In this document: positions 19,330 to 32,160 of the stretch, piece after piece | How the letters are laid out: every line of letters begins with the position of its first letter | How positions within the stretch are numbered: the first letter of the stretch is position 1 | NCBI GenBank assembly: GCA_963773905.1 | Contig: CAVZDB010000001.1 | Location: forward strand, 151,429-215,428 | Length of the DNA stretch: 64,000 nucleotides | Reading direction: 5' to 3' | Source of the DNA: an uncultured Acidobacteriota bacterium | GTDB lineage: Bacteria > Acidobacteriota > Thermoanaerobaculia > UBA5066 > Gp7-AA6 | The notes under the pieces: generated by a model | Databases searched by the model: none | Told to the model about the DNA's origin: nothing | What the model saw: only the letters and a program-made list of their open reading frames with translations | Translations under genes and position numbers: made by a program

Positions 19330-20955
19330 ATGATTCCGATCGAGCTGGGCATCCTGCCCGTGGTGTTTTCTCTGCTCGCGGCGGCCGCCGCCCCCGCGAG
19401 CTCGCGCTACGAGGATCTCGTTTCCTTCTTCAAGGACTGGCGCGCGTTCCAGAGGCCCAAGGTGGTCGACGGGGTGCCGCACTACGGTCCGGGCGCGATG
19501 GGCGCGCAGCAGCAGGAGCTCGAGAGCTACAAGAAGCGCCTCGCCGCGATCGACCCGAGCGCCTGGCCGGTCCCCCAGCAGGTCGACTACCAGATCGTCC
19601 GCGCGGAGGTGAATGGCCTCGACTTCGATCATCGCGTGCTGAGGCCCTGGGCCAATAATCCCGCGTTCTACGTCACGGTATTCTCCGAGGAGAGCGACCA
19701 GCCGGCGCGCGAGGGCCCCTACGCGCTCGGCGCGGTCGAGCTCTGGTCGTACAAGTTCCCGCTCTCGCCGGACGACGCCGCCGCGATCCGGCCGAGACTC
19801 CGCGCGATCCCGGCCCTCCTCGCACAGGCCAGGGTCAACCTGAACGGCAACGGCCATGACCTGTGGGTCTACGGAGCGAAGGCGATCCGGGCGCAGGGCG
19901 CGGAGCTCGCGAAGCTCGCGCCGAAGCTGACCGGCGCCGGCTCCGTTCTCGCCGCCGACGTCGCCACCGCGCGCAAGGCCACCGACGAGTTCGCCTCCTG
20001 GCTCGACGGGAAGGCCTCGTCGAAGACGGGACCGTCGGGGGTTGGCGTCGAGAACTACGACTGGTACCTCAAGCACGTGCAGCTCGTCCCGTACACGTGG
20101 GCCGAGGAGGTCGCGCTGATGGAGCGGGAGCTCGCGCGAGCCCACGCGCTCCTCGCCATGGAGGAGCTGAAGAACGCGAAGCTTCCGGTTCAGGAGCCCG
20201 TCGCCTCGAACGCCGCGGAGTACGACAAGGCCTTCAACGCCGGCGTCACCGAGTACATGACGTTCCTGAAGGACCACGACGTCCTGACCGTGAAGGACTA
20301 CCTCGACCCGGCGCTGCGCGCCCGCATCGGCAGCTACTCGCCGCCGCCGCGCGAGTTCTTCAGCGAGGTCGACTACCGCGATCCCGAGGTGATGCGCACG
20401 CACGGCTACCACTGGTTCGACAAGGCGTTTCAGGTCCACGAGCCTCCCGCGAGCCCGATCCGCAAGGAGGTCCTTCTCTACAACATCTTCAATACGCGCA
20501 CCGAGGGACACGCGACCGGCTGGGAGGAGCTCATGATGCAGGCCGGCATGTTCGACGCGCGGCCACGCTCGCGGGAGCTCGTCTACATCCTCGTCGCCGA
20601 GCGGGCGGCGCGCGCGCTCGGCGAGCTGTTCATGCAGAGCAACCGCATGACCCTAGAGGAGGCTGCCGCGTTCGCCTGTGCCACCACCCCGCGCGGCTGG
20701 CTCTCCATGAAGGGCCAGCTCGTGCGCGACGAGCAGCACCTCTACCTCCAGCAGCCGGGCTACGGGACGAGCTACCTGATCGGAAAGATCGAGATCGAGA
20801 AGCTCCTCGCCGAGAAGTGCGCGCAGCTCGGGAGCGAATTCCGGATGAAGGCCTTCATGGACGATTTCAACGCCCGCGGCCTGATTCCGGCCTCGCTGCT
20901 GAGGTGGGAGATGACCGGGAGGAAGTTCCCCGAGCTGGAGGAGATGCTCCGGTGA
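19330..20955 (+). CDS. DUF885-family protein
   Basis: 541 aa with a signal peptide. The C-terminal region GHATGWEELM...PGYGTSYLIGK resembles the metallopeptidase-like fold of DUF885. Confidence 0.8.
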   Translation: MIPIELGILPVVFSLLAAAAAPASSRYEDLVSFFKDWRAFQRPKVVDGVPHYGPGAMGAQQQELESYKKRLAAIDPSAWPVPQQVDYQIVRAEVNGLDFDHRVLRPWANNPAFYVTVFSEESDQPAREGPYALGAVELWSYKFPLSPDDAAAIRPRLRAIPALLAQARVNLNGNGHDLWVYGAKAIRAQGAELAKLAPKLTGAGSVLAADVATARKATDEFASWLDGKASSKTGPSGVGVENYDWYLKHVQLVPYTWAEEVALMERELARAHALLAMEELKNAKLPVQEPVASNAAEYDKAFNAGVTEYMTFLKDHDVLTVKDYLDPALRARIGSYSPPPREFFSEVDYRDPEVMRTHGYHWFDKAFQVHEPPASPIRKEVLLYNIFNTRTEGHATGWEELMMQAGMFDARPRSRELVYILVAERAARALGELFMQSNRMTLEEAAAFACATTPRGWLSMKGQLVRDEQHLYLQQPGYGTSYLIGKIEIEKLLAEKCAQLGSEFRMKAFMDDFNARGLIPASLLRWEMTGRKFPELEEMLR

Positions 20956-21054
20956 GGCTTCGCCCCTCCCCTTCGGGCAATCCCGCCCCTTGCCCCGCGC
21001 TTCGGGCATAGGATCCGGGCTCGGAGGCGATTCTTCCGCCCCGAGGAGGCAGAC

Positions 21055-21573
21055 ATGGGTCTTCTCGACCAGCTCGGCCAGCTCGCGAACCAGTTCAAGA
21101 CGGGCCAGGCCACCGACGACGAGGTTCACTCCACCTACGACCAGGTCGCGCGCCAAGTGCCGCAGGGCGATCTCTCCGCCGGGATCTCACACGTCTTCAA
21201 CTCGCCCGAGACGCCGCCGTTCGAGCAGATGCTCTCGGGCCTCTTCAACAATTCCAACGCGACCCAGAAGGCCGGACTCCTCAACCAGATCCTCGGCGCC
21301 CTCGGCCCCAACGCGGGACAGCTCCTCGCCCAGGCGGGGCTCGGTGGGCTCGCCGCGAGCGCGGCAGGAGGAGGCACCGTCCAGGTGACGCCGCAGCAGG
21401 CGCAGCAGGTCTCGCCGCAGGACGTCCAGGTCCTCGCGCAGAACGCTGCGAAGAAGAATCCGACGATCGTGGATCAGGCCGCGAGCTTCTATGCGCAGCA
21501 CCCGACACTCGTGAAGAGCATCGGGGCGGGCGCTCTGGCGCTTCTGATGTCCCGCATGTCGAGGAGGGCGTGA
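21055..21573 (+). CDS. hypothetical protein (Gln/Ala-rich, C-terminal hydrophobic helix)
   Basis: GAGGAGG SD; 172 aa. The next gene follows after 4 nt. Confidence 0.65.
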   Translation: MGLLDQLGQLANQFKTGQATDDEVHSTYDQVARQVPQGDLSAGISHVFNSPETPPFEQMLSGLFNNSNATQKAGLLNQILGALGPNAGQLLAQAGLGGLAASAAGGGTVQVTPQQAQQVSPQDVQVLAQNAAKKNPTIVDQAASFYAQHPTLVKSIGAGALALLMSRMSRRA

Positions 21574-21577
21574 AGGT

Positions 21578-21832
21578 ATGGGAATCATCTGGTGGCTCAT
21601 CGTGGGTCTCATCGCCGGCTGGCTCACCGGGAAGGTCATGGGCGGCGGAGGCAAGGGCGCGCTCATGGACATCATCATCGGCCTCGTCGGGGCGCTGATC
21701 GGCGGCTTCCTGATGCGGCTCCTCGGCTTCTCGGGTGAGGGCGGGATGATCTACACGATCCTCGTGGCGACGCTCGGCGCGATCGTCCTCACCTGGATCG
21801 TCCGGAAGATGTCCTCGCCGAAGCCGGCCTGA
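21578..21832 (+). CDS. GlsB/YeaQ/YmgE-family stress membrane protein
   Basis: 84 aa; MGIIWWLIVGLIAGWLTGKVMGGG...IIGLVGALIGGFL is typical of the family. Confidence 0.85.
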   Translation: MGIIWWLIVGLIAGWLTGKVMGGGGKGALMDIIIGLVGALIGGFLMRLLGFSGEGGMIYTILVATLGAIVLTWIVRKMSSPKPA

Positions 21833-21851
21833 GACACCCGATTCGCCCCGA

Positions 21852-23237
21852 TCAGTGAGACCTCGCCCACGCCTCGGCGTCGGCGAGGATGCGATCGAGG
21901 TCCGCGCGGGTGAAGAACCGTCCGTTCGCGACGACCGCCGCGATCCTCGTCGTGTTCGCGATGTCATCGAGCGGGTTGGCGTCGAGCAGCACGAGGTCCG
22001 CGATCTTGCCGGGCTCGACCGACCCGAAGTCCTTCGTCTTCTCGAGGAATCTCGCGGGATTGATCGTCGCGGTCTGCAGGGCCTCGAGCGGCGACAGCCC
22101 CGCGGCCACGAACCGGCCGAGCTCGCGGTGGAGGCTCATGCCGGGGACGATGCCGACGCCCGGCGGCGCGTCGGTTCCGGCCAGTAGCGGCACGCCGGCG
22201 CGGTGAAGCCTCGCGATGATCCCGAGCTCGTGCTCGACCCACTTCTCCCGCACCGGCAGCGGGTCGGTGATGTAGCTCTTGACCATGTCGGCCTTGAAGC
22301 GGGGCCAGGTCTTCTCCCGCCAGGCCGCCGGCGCGTAGCGCAGCTCGGGATACTTGGTGACGTCGACGACGTCGACGAGCCAGCCCCCGTACTCCCAGAG
22401 GAGTGTCGGACACTGCCACGTCCGGTTCTTCGCGAGCAGCGCGATCAGATCGGCCTCCCGGCCGGCGTCGTAACCGGCCAGGAACTTCGCGGGTCCCTTC
22501 GGCCCCTTCAGCAGCTCGTCCTCGATCGAGGTGCTGCCCTCGAACACCCCGATCAGATGCTCAAAGCTCTTCTGCCCCGCGTTCGAGGCCTCGGATGCGC
22601 GGATCGCGTCCGGCACGTGGCCGACGAAGGAAATCCCGCGGCGGCGGCATTCGTCCGCGATCGCGAAGTAGGCGTCTCGAGGGACGAGCGACTGGAGCTT
22701 GATGAAGTCGACGCCGCGGCCCTGGAGCATCGCGACCGCGCGTCGCCCGTCCTCCGGCGTCGACACGGCGATCGACGCGGGGAACTGAGGCTTCGGCCCA
22801 TCTAGCATCGGTCCCGAGACGACCAGCCGCGGACCGGTCCACGTCCCCCGCGCCGTCGCCTCACGCGCCTGCAAAATCGGATCCAGATCGCTCCCCATGT
22901 CGCGCGCGCCGGTGATGCCGTTGGCCAGCAGGAGCGGCAGGATCACTTCCCGGCCCCCGGGCACCCAGTCGCCGAAGAACGTGTGCACGTGCATGTCCCA
23001 GAGGCCGGGAATCAGGAACTTGCCCGTGGCGTCAATAACCCGCGCGCTCGCCGGCGTCAGCGCGCGGTCGGATGGCGCAACTTGCCAGATGTGCTCGCCG
23101 ACGACGACGACCGTGCGGTCCGGCAGCGAAACGCCGTTCACGACATCGATCAGGGTCAGGTTCTCGAGCACGAGCGGGCCTCGCCCGCTCGAGAGAGCGA
23201 GCAAGCAGGAAAGGAGCCAGGCCTTTCCGAGGATCAT
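21852..23237 (-). CDS. amidohydrolase-family protein (secreted)
   Basis: Signal peptide, HxH metal motif (WDMHVHTF), and the later FEH and GTDAP motifs. Confidence 0.88.
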   Translation of the reverse strand: MILGKAWLLSCLLALSSGRGPLVLENLTLIDVVNGVSLPDRTVVVVGEHIWQVAPSDRALTPASARVIDATGKFLIPGLWDMHVHTFFGDWVPGGREVILPLLLANGITGARDMGSDLDPILQAREATARGTWTGPRLVVSGPMLDGPKPQFPASIAVSTPEDGRRAVAMLQGRGVDFIKLQSLVPRDAYFAIADECRRRGISFVGHVPDAIRASEASNAGQKSFEHLIGVFEGSTSIEDELLKGPKGPAKFLAGYDAGREADLIALLAKNRTWQCPTLLWEYGGWLVDVVDVTKYPELRYAPAAWREKTWPRFKADMVKSYITDPLPVREKWVEHELGIIARLHRAGVPLLAGTDAPPGVGIVPGMSLHRELGRFVAAGLSPLEALQTATINPARFLEKTKDFGSVEPGKIADLVLLDANPLDDIANTTRIAAVVANGRFFTRADLDRILADAEAWARSH

Positions 23238-23395
23238 GGCTGCGACATTAATACACAGCGCAGGCGGTCGAGTTCGGAATCCTCCGGCACTCTGTGCCTC
23301 AGGACGACACTCTGGGGCGGCGGAAACGACCGTGGGTCGACGGGTAATGGATCGATCCAGAGATCCGTATCTTCGGAAGGGGGGAACAGGGAAAC

Positions 23396-24427
23396 ATGCC
23401 CACGACCGAAGCGCCGACTCCGACCCGTACGCGCCCCGATTCGCTTTCGACGCCGCAGACAGAGAGCTCAGCCCGGGGATCCGGCCGCGTCGAGCCCTCC
23501 TCCGAGGGCGCCTGCGTCCTGATTTTGGCCGGAGGCGACGGGGCGCGCCTTCGCCCGGTCACGCGCGTGCTCGCCGGCGACGACCGCCCCAAGCAGTTCT
23601 GCACGCTGGTCGGCCAGGAGCCCCTGCTCGTCCAGACGGCGCGGCGCGCCGCGGCGATCGCGACGCCCGAGAACATCCTCTTCCTGCTGTCGCGCCACCA
23701 CCAGCCCTACTACGCGGACATCGTCTCGGCGCTGAGCCCCTCGTCGCTCGTGATCCAGCCCGGAAACCGCGGCACCGCCACGGCCGTCCTCTACGGGCTG
23801 CTGCGCATCGCGGCCCGTACGCCGAACGCGCCCGTCGTGATCCTCCCGTCGGATCACTGGATCTCGGACGAGCACGCGTTCGCGCTGCATACCCGCGTCG
23901 CGGTCGGCGTCGTCCAGGCGCACGAGAACCTCGTCATCCTGCTGGGGACGACGCCGACCCGCCCGGAACCGGAGTACGGCTGGATCGAGCCCGCCGAGCC
24001 CATCATCGGCGGCTGGCGCGACCTCCATCGGGTCGCCCGATTCGTCGAGAAACCGGCGGCGGACGCGGCGCGGGAGCTGTTCCAGGGGACGAGTCTCTGG
24101 AACACCTCCGTCGTCGTCGGCCAGCTCGAGGAGCTCCTGTTCCTCTTCGCGATCGCGCAGCCGGACCTCGTGGACTCCTTCCTCGAGATCTGGACCGCGC
24201 TCGGCTCGCCGTCCGAGCGCGAGGCCGCGGAGCGCCTCTACGCGCGTCTCCCGCACGCCGACTTCTCCCGCGACGTGCTCGAGAAGAAGCCGCACGCGCT
24301 CGCCGTCCTCGCGATCAACGGGATGGTCTGGGAGGACCTGGGAAGTCCCTCCCGCGTGCGCGAGGCCCGGCGGCTCCAGCACGCGTCGCCTCCTTCGGCT
24401 CGCCGCGGAATGTCTGCGGCGGGCTGA
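23396..24427 (+). CDS. mannose-1-phosphate guanylyltransferase-like nucleotidyltransferase
   Basis: VLILAGGDGARLRPVT...PKQF...IQPGNRGTA...ILPSDHWI...YGWIE motifs. The low-complexity N-terminus makes the start uncertain. Confidence 0.8.
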   Translation: MPTTEAPTPTRTRPDSLSTPQTESSARGSGRVEPSSEGACVLILAGGDGARLRPVTRVLAGDDRPKQFCTLVGQEPLLVQTARRAAAIATPENILFLLSRHHQPYYADIVSALSPSSLVIQPGNRGTATAVLYGLLRIAARTPNAPVVILPSDHWISDEHAFALHTRVAVGVVQAHENLVILLGTTPTRPEPEYGWIEPAEPIIGGWRDLHRVARFVEKPAADAARELFQGTSLWNTSVVVGQLEELLFLFAIAQPDLVDSFLEIWTALGSPSEREAAERLYARLPHADFSRDVLEKKPHALAVLAINGMVWEDLGSPSRVREARRLQHASPPSARRGMSAAG

Positions 24428-24443
24428 CGGGAGAGCGCCAGCC

Positions 24444-24535
24444 GTCATCCCGAGGAGCGGAAGCGACGAGGGATCCCGCGCTTGATTTGCGGTGTCTCGA
24501 TCGAGTCCGGGATCCCTCGCTGCGCTCGGGATGAC
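24444..24535. repeat. family A palindromic element (GTCATCC...GGATGAC)
   Basis: GTCATCCCGAGGAGCGGAAGCGACGAGGGATCCCG ...loop... CGGGATCCCTCGCTGCGCTCGGGATGAC. It lies 17 nt after the upstream stop. Confidence 0.85.
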
Positions 24536-24605
24536 GGCCAGCGGGCTGCATCCGTCCGACTGCGGCTAGAATCCCCGCGGCATTTCAGACGCGAAAGGAT
24601 TCCGG

Positions 24606-28002
<3,397 letters not shown>

Positions 28003-28003
28003 A

Positions 28004-28366
28004 CGTCGCCTCCGCTTGCGGGCGGGCCTGGCTTCGCCACCGGCTCGTGGCTCGGCCAAAGGGCCTCGACCACGAGCCTGGCCCGCACGCTGCGCTCCGG
28101 CTCCCGCAACGCGCGTCGTTTCGCTCGCCCGGACTCGCGAAACTTGGGCGCGTTGCGAACTCTCTAACCATTGCCGCAAACGAGCCTTCTCTGAGGCGCT
28201 GTTCCGATTGCTCGCGGCGCGAGGAATCTCCGCGAGCGCAGCGGAGGACGCCTCGCGCCGCGGGAGCCGCAGCGCGGTGAGGGGTCAGGCGGTCGGTCGA
28301 GCCCGCATCCGGGCGAGCCGACCGCCGGTGCCCAAAGGGCAGACCCCGAACGAAGCGGAGGCGACG
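28004..28366. repeat. 363-bp hairpin-rich element bounded by 14-bp perfect inverted repeats
   Basis: CGTCGCCTCCGCTT (28004-28017) and AAGCGGAGGCGACG (28353-28366). The element fills the convergent intergenic region to within 1 nt of each stop codon. Internal stems include GGCTCGTGG/CCACGAGCC, CGCAACGCGC/GCGCGTTGCG and GGCGGTCGG/CCGACCGCC. Confidence 0.7.
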
Positions 28367-28367
28367 G

Positions 28368-31022
28368 CTACTCCGCCCGCAGCACCTCGAGCGGGCTCGC
28401 CGACGTCGCGCGCCGCGCGGCGAACCAGGACGCGCCCGCCGCCGCGAGGGCGAGGACCGCGACCGCGATCCCGTAGCTCGGCGTGTCGCGCGGTGTCACG
28501 CCGTAGAGCTGCGACCGCAGGAGGCGGGAGGCCGCGAGCGCCGCGGGGATGCCGAGGGCGAGCCCGGCACCCGCGATGCGCATCCCGTCGCGTAGGACGA
28601 GCCCGCGCACCTGGCGCGGGAGCGCGCCGAGCGCCATCCGCACGCCGAACTCGCGCCGCCGCTGCGTCACCGCGTACGCGACGACTCCGTAGAGCCCGAT
28701 GCACGCCAGCAGGAGCGCCACCGCGGCGAACGCGGTCGCCAGGATCATCGTGAACCTCTGGGCGCCGCGCGCGGCCGTCACGTAGCCGTCGAGCAGCCGG
28801 ACCTCGGAGATCGGCAGCGCGGGATCGAGCCGCGCGAGAATCCCGCGGATGGGTGCGGCGAGCGCCGCCGGATCGGAGCGCGTCCGAACGAGGTAGGCGA
28901 CGGGATTGCGGTTGATCTGCCGCTGCGGGAAATAGACCTGCTCGCGGACCTCCTCCATCAGGCTGGTGTGCCGGAGATGCCGCACGACGCCGACGACGGT
29001 CGCCCAGCTCGACGGGTGCCCGTTCGACTGCGGATCCAGACCCAGGCGCTGGCCGATCGCGCTGCGGTTCGGCCACGTCACCCTCGCGAGCCTCTCGTCG
29101 ACGATCACGACGGGCTGGCCCTTCTCGTCGTCCGCCTCGGTGAAGCCGCGTCCGGCGGAGAGGCGCGCGCCGGCGGCCGCGAAGAAGTCGGGCGTCACGG
29201 CGCGGTAGTCGGCCATTGGCGCCGTCGTCTCGTCGGCGCCGGGCGTCGCGACGTAGGGTCCTCCCCAGTTGGGAATGTGGTCGAAGGGCAGATGACTCAC
29301 GCCCGCGACCGCGGTGACGCCGGGCAGCGCCGCGACCTCCTTCTCGAAGGTGCGGCTGAACGCGTTGAAGGACTGCGGATCGCCATCGCGCGCCCCGCCC
29401 AGGCCGAGCCGGAAGGACAAAACGTGGTCCGGGACGAAGCCGGGATCGACGCCCTGCAGCCGGACGAAGGATCGTGCGACGAGCCCGGCGCCGACGACCA
29501 GGACGACGCCGAGCGCGACCTGGACCGCCACGAGGACGGTCCTCGTCCGCGACTGCGTGCGCCCGCCCGCGCGCCTCAACCCGGCGGCGGTCGAGGTGCG
29601 CAGAACCTCCACGAGGGGGGCCAGGGAGAGGAGGACGCCCCAGAGGAGCGCGGTCCCGGCCGTGAAGGCCAGCACGCGCCGATCGATCGTGGCCGCCGCG
29701 ATCCGGGAGAGGCTCTCGGGCCGCGACGCGACGAGCGCCGCCAGCGCCGCGCGCGCCACCGCCACGCCGACGCACGCGCCGAGGAGCGCGAGCACGAGGC
29801 CCTCGACGAGACACTGCCGGAAGAGGCGGAGCCGGCCGGCGCCGAGCGCGATCCGCAGCGCGATCTCCTCCCGGCGCGCGGCGGCCCTCGCCGCGAGGAG
29901 GCCGGCGACGTTGACGCACGTGATGAGGAGCAGGATGCCGACGCCGGCGAACAGCGCGAGCAGGATCGGGCGGATCTCGCGCACGCCGTCCGCGTGCAGC
30001 GAGACCGTGTCGTAGCGCCGGCCCGCGCTGCCGTACTCGGGGAACTCCTTCGAGATCTGCGCCGCGATCGCGTCGACCTCGCGTTTGCCCTGCGCGAGCG
30101 TGACGCCCGGCTTCAGCCGCCCCACGACGCGCAGGTACTGCTGGCCGCGCTGGCTCTCCGTCAGGCCCCGGCGGAACGGCAGGAACGCCTCGAGGTCATC
30201 CGGCACCGAGGAGTCGGTCGGGAGGAGCAGGCGGAAGGCGGCGGGCATCACGCCGATGACCGTCGTCGGCCGTTCATTGACGACGACCCGGCGGCCCACG
30301 ATCCCCGGATCTCCGCCGAACCGGCGCTGCCAGAGCGCCGCGCTCAGGAGGATCGCCGGCGGCGCGTCCTTGGTCTCGTCCTCGGCCGCGAAGGTCCGTC
30401 CGAGCGCCGCGCCCGCGCCGAGAACGTCGAAGAAGTCCGTCGTGACGAAGCCGACCCGCAGCCGCTGCGGCTCGCCGTCTCCCGTCAGCGCGGCGCTGTT
30501 GGCCCAGATCGCGCCGAAGCCCTCGAAGAGCGTCGCGCGGCTGCGCAGGTCGCCCAGCTCGGGGCCCGAGAGCGGCGCCCTCGGATAGCCGGCCTCGGTC
30601 ATGTCGGACCAGACGAACGCGAGCCGCGACGAATCGCGGTACGGCAGCGGGGAGAGGAGCATCGCGTCGACGACGCTGAAGATCGCGGTGCTCGCCCCGA
30701 TCCCGAGGCCCAGCGTCAGGACGGTCGCCAGCGCGAAGCCCGGGGACTTGCGGAGACTGCGCCACGCGTACCGCGCGTCGCGCGCCGTCGTCTCGACGCC
30801 CACGCCGATGCGGGCGCCGCGCGCCTCCTCCTTGACCGGCTCGACGCCGCCCATCTCGAGCAGCGCCTCGCGACGCGCCGTCGCGGGGTCGAGCCCCTCG
30901 CCGATCTTCCGGCGCGTCAGCTCCTCGAGGTAGCCGCGCACCTCGTCGTCGAGGTCCTTCTCGAGGCGCCTTCCGCGGAAGAGCGTGCGCCCGAGGCTCG
31001 CGAGACGGCTGACGATCCGCAT
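28368..31022 (-). CDS. ADOP-type duplicated FtsX/MacB-like permease (no adjacent ATPase)
   Basis: 884 aa from ATG 31022 (MRIVSRLASLGRTLFRGRRLEKDLDDEVRGYLEEL). Two permease halves, each with about 4 TM segments. Sits directly downstream of the PadR gene, the arrangement described for Acidobacterial duplicated orphan permeases. Confidence 0.9.
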   Translation of the reverse strand: MRIVSRLASLGRTLFRGRRLEKDLDDEVRGYLEELTRRKIGEGLDPATARREALLEMGGVEPVKEEARGARIGVGVETTARDARYAWRSLRKSPGFALATVLTLGLGIGASTAIFSVVDAMLLSPLPYRDSSRLAFVWSDMTEAGYPRAPLSGPELGDLRSRATLFEGFGAIWANSAALTGDGEPQRLRVGFVTTDFFDVLGAGAALGRTFAAEDETKDAPPAILLSAALWQRRFGGDPGIVGRRVVVNERPTTVIGVMPAAFRLLLPTDSSVPDDLEAFLPFRRGLTESQRGQQYLRVVGRLKPGVTLAQGKREVDAIAAQISKEFPEYGSAGRRYDTVSLHADGVREIRPILLALFAGVGILLLITCVNVAGLLAARAAARREEIALRIALGAGRLRLFRQCLVEGLVLALLGACVGVAVARAALAALVASRPESLSRIAAATIDRRVLAFTAGTALLWGVLLSLAPLVEVLRTSTAAGLRRAGGRTQSRTRTVLVAVQVALGVVLVVGAGLVARSFVRLQGVDPGFVPDHVLSFRLGLGGARDGDPQSFNAFSRTFEKEVAALPGVTAVAGVSHLPFDHIPNWGGPYVATPGADETTAPMADYRAVTPDFFAAAGARLSAGRGFTEADDEKGQPVVIVDERLARVTWPNRSAIGQRLGLDPQSNGHPSSWATVVGVVRHLRHTSLMEEVREQVYFPQRQINRNPVAYLVRTRSDPAALAAPIRGILARLDPALPISEVRLLDGYVTAARGAQRFTMILATAFAAVALLLACIGLYGVVAYAVTQRRREFGVRMALGALPRQVRGLVLRDGMRIAGAGLALGIPAALAASRLLRSQLYGVTPRDTPSYGIAVAVLALAAAGASWFAARRATSASPLEVLRAE

Positions 31023-31039
31023 GGCTCCGTCGTTCCTCT

Positions 31040-31090
31040 GTAGGGGCAGCCCTCGCGGCCGCCCGCGGGCGGGGGCAAGCCCCGCCCCTA
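31040..31090. repeat. family D hairpin (GTAGGGGC...GGGCGGGG-GCAAG-CCCCGCCC...CTAC)
   Basis: Lies between the PadR stop and the permease start. A near-identical GCGGGCGGGGGCGAGCCCCGCCCCTAC recurs at 47419-47450. Confidence 0.7.
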
Positions 31091-31426
31091 CGTTGCGTCC
31101 AAGACCTGGCCCATCGCGAGCACGATGCGCTTCCACTGCTCGGTCTCCCGCTCGAGCTGCCGCCGCCCGGCGGCCTCGAGCCGGTACGTCTTGACGCGAT
31201 AGCCGTTCTCCGACTCTCCCCACGCGCCGACGATCGACCCTTCCTGCTCGAGGCGGTGCAGCGCCGGGAAGAGCGAGCCCGGCTTCACGACGAAGGTGCC
31301 GCGCGTGATCTGTTCGATGCGATCCGCGATCGCGAGCCCGTGGCGCGGCTCGAGCGCGAGCGTCCGCAGGATCAGCAGGTCGAGAGTCCCCTTCAGCAGC
31401 TCGGTGCGGCGGGCCGGGCTCGACAT
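31088..31426 (-). CDS. PadR-family transcriptional regulator
   Basis: 112 aa; LKGTLDLLILRTLALEPRHGLAIADRIEQITRGTFVVKPGSLFPALHRLEQEGSI is a winged helix typical of PadR. Confidence 0.9.
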   Translation of the reverse strand: MSSPARRTELLKGTLDLLILRTLALEPRHGLAIADRIEQITRGTFVVKPGSLFPALHRLEQEGSIVGAWGESENGYRVKTYRLEAAGRRQLERETEQWKRIVLAMGQVLDAT

Positions 31427-31434
31427 GGCGAGGT

Positions 31435-31462
31435 TATATAGGACATCGATATCGGAAGGCAA
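31435..31462 (-). promoter_or_regulatory. sigma-70-like promoter of the PadR operon (leaderless start predicted)
   Basis: Minus strand reads TTGCCT-16 nt-TATATA, then 8 nt to the ATG. The spacer contains the palindrome CGATATCG. Confidence 0.5.
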
Positions 31463-31496
31463 GAGCGAAGGGAGTCTGAGGATCTGGAAGGATTCC

Positions 31497-31535
31497 TTCT
31501 CCCCCCGCGGGGGGAGAGGGTCAGGGTGAGGGAGG
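31497..31535. repeat. family B palindrome (CTCCCCCCGCGGGGGGAG + AGGGTCAGGGTGAGGG tail)
   Basis: Directly visible. The same module occurs in reverse orientation at 40113-40150. Confidence 0.8.
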
Positions 31536-31586
31536 CGAGCAAGTACCCAAACTGAATCGGATGAGCCCAGGGGCTCCACTGGACGT

Positions 31587-31677
31587 GTCATTCCGAGGAG
31601 CGCCGCGACGAGGAACCCCTTTCGAGCGACGGGTGTGCCATGGAAAGGGGTCCCGCGCCTGCGGCGCTCGGGATGAC
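31587..31677. repeat. family A palindromic element (divergent copy)
   Basis: GTCATTCCGAGGAGCGCCGCGACGAGGAACCCC ... GGGGTCCCGCGCCTGCGGCGCTCGGGATGAC. Confidence 0.75.
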
Positions 31678-31706
31678 AGATGGTTTTGGAGCGATGAGGG
31701 CGAGAC

Positions 31707-32141
31707 TCAGCCCTTCTTGTTCGTCCAGCTCTGCTTGCCGACCTTCCACTCCCCCTTTTCCTCCTCGAGGTTGATCGTGCCGTACATGGTCTCCTTGTCC
31801 TGCTTGCCGGTCGCCGACAGGACGGCCTTCTTGCCATCCACCTTGAGGTTCGTGAGCTTGATGTCGCTCGGCGCCATCATCTTCATCATCTCCATGCCGT
31901 CCTTCGGGGTCTTGCCCATCTCCTTGGTCTGCTTCTCGATCTCCTTGACGGCCTCGCTCGTCATGCACTTGGTGTACGCGGCGTAGTCCCCGGAGTCGAT
32001 CGCCTTCAGGGAGGCCCTGTAGACCTTGGCCTGGGGCGTCGACTCGACGTCCTTGGCGTCGGCGGCGAGAGCGGACGAGGCCGAGAGGGTCAAACCGAGG
32101 AGTAGACCCAGGGCGAGGGCGGACCGGAAAGCCGTCTTCAT
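31707..32141 (-). CDS. small secreted protein, unknown function
   Basis: AGGAGA SD and signal peptide MKTAFRSALALGLLLGLTLSASSALA; 144 aa, Lys/Glu-rich. Confidence 0.75.
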   Translation of the reverse strand: MKTAFRSALALGLLLGLTLSASSALAADAKDVESTPQAKVYRASLKAIDSGDYAAYTKCMTSEAVKEIEKQTKEMGKTPKDGMEMMKMMAPSDIKLTNLKVDGKKAVLSATGKQDKETMYGTINLEEEKGEWKVGKQSWTNKKG

Positions 32142-32160
32142 ACGAGAATCTCCTTTCAAT

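Noticed and set aside
28016-28753. 245-aa plus-strand ORF covering the hairpin-rich spacer and the 3' end of the permease gene.
   Set aside because: The sequence is Arg/Ala/Pro-rich and overlaps the well-supported permease gene in antisense. The spacer part is explained by inverted repeats.
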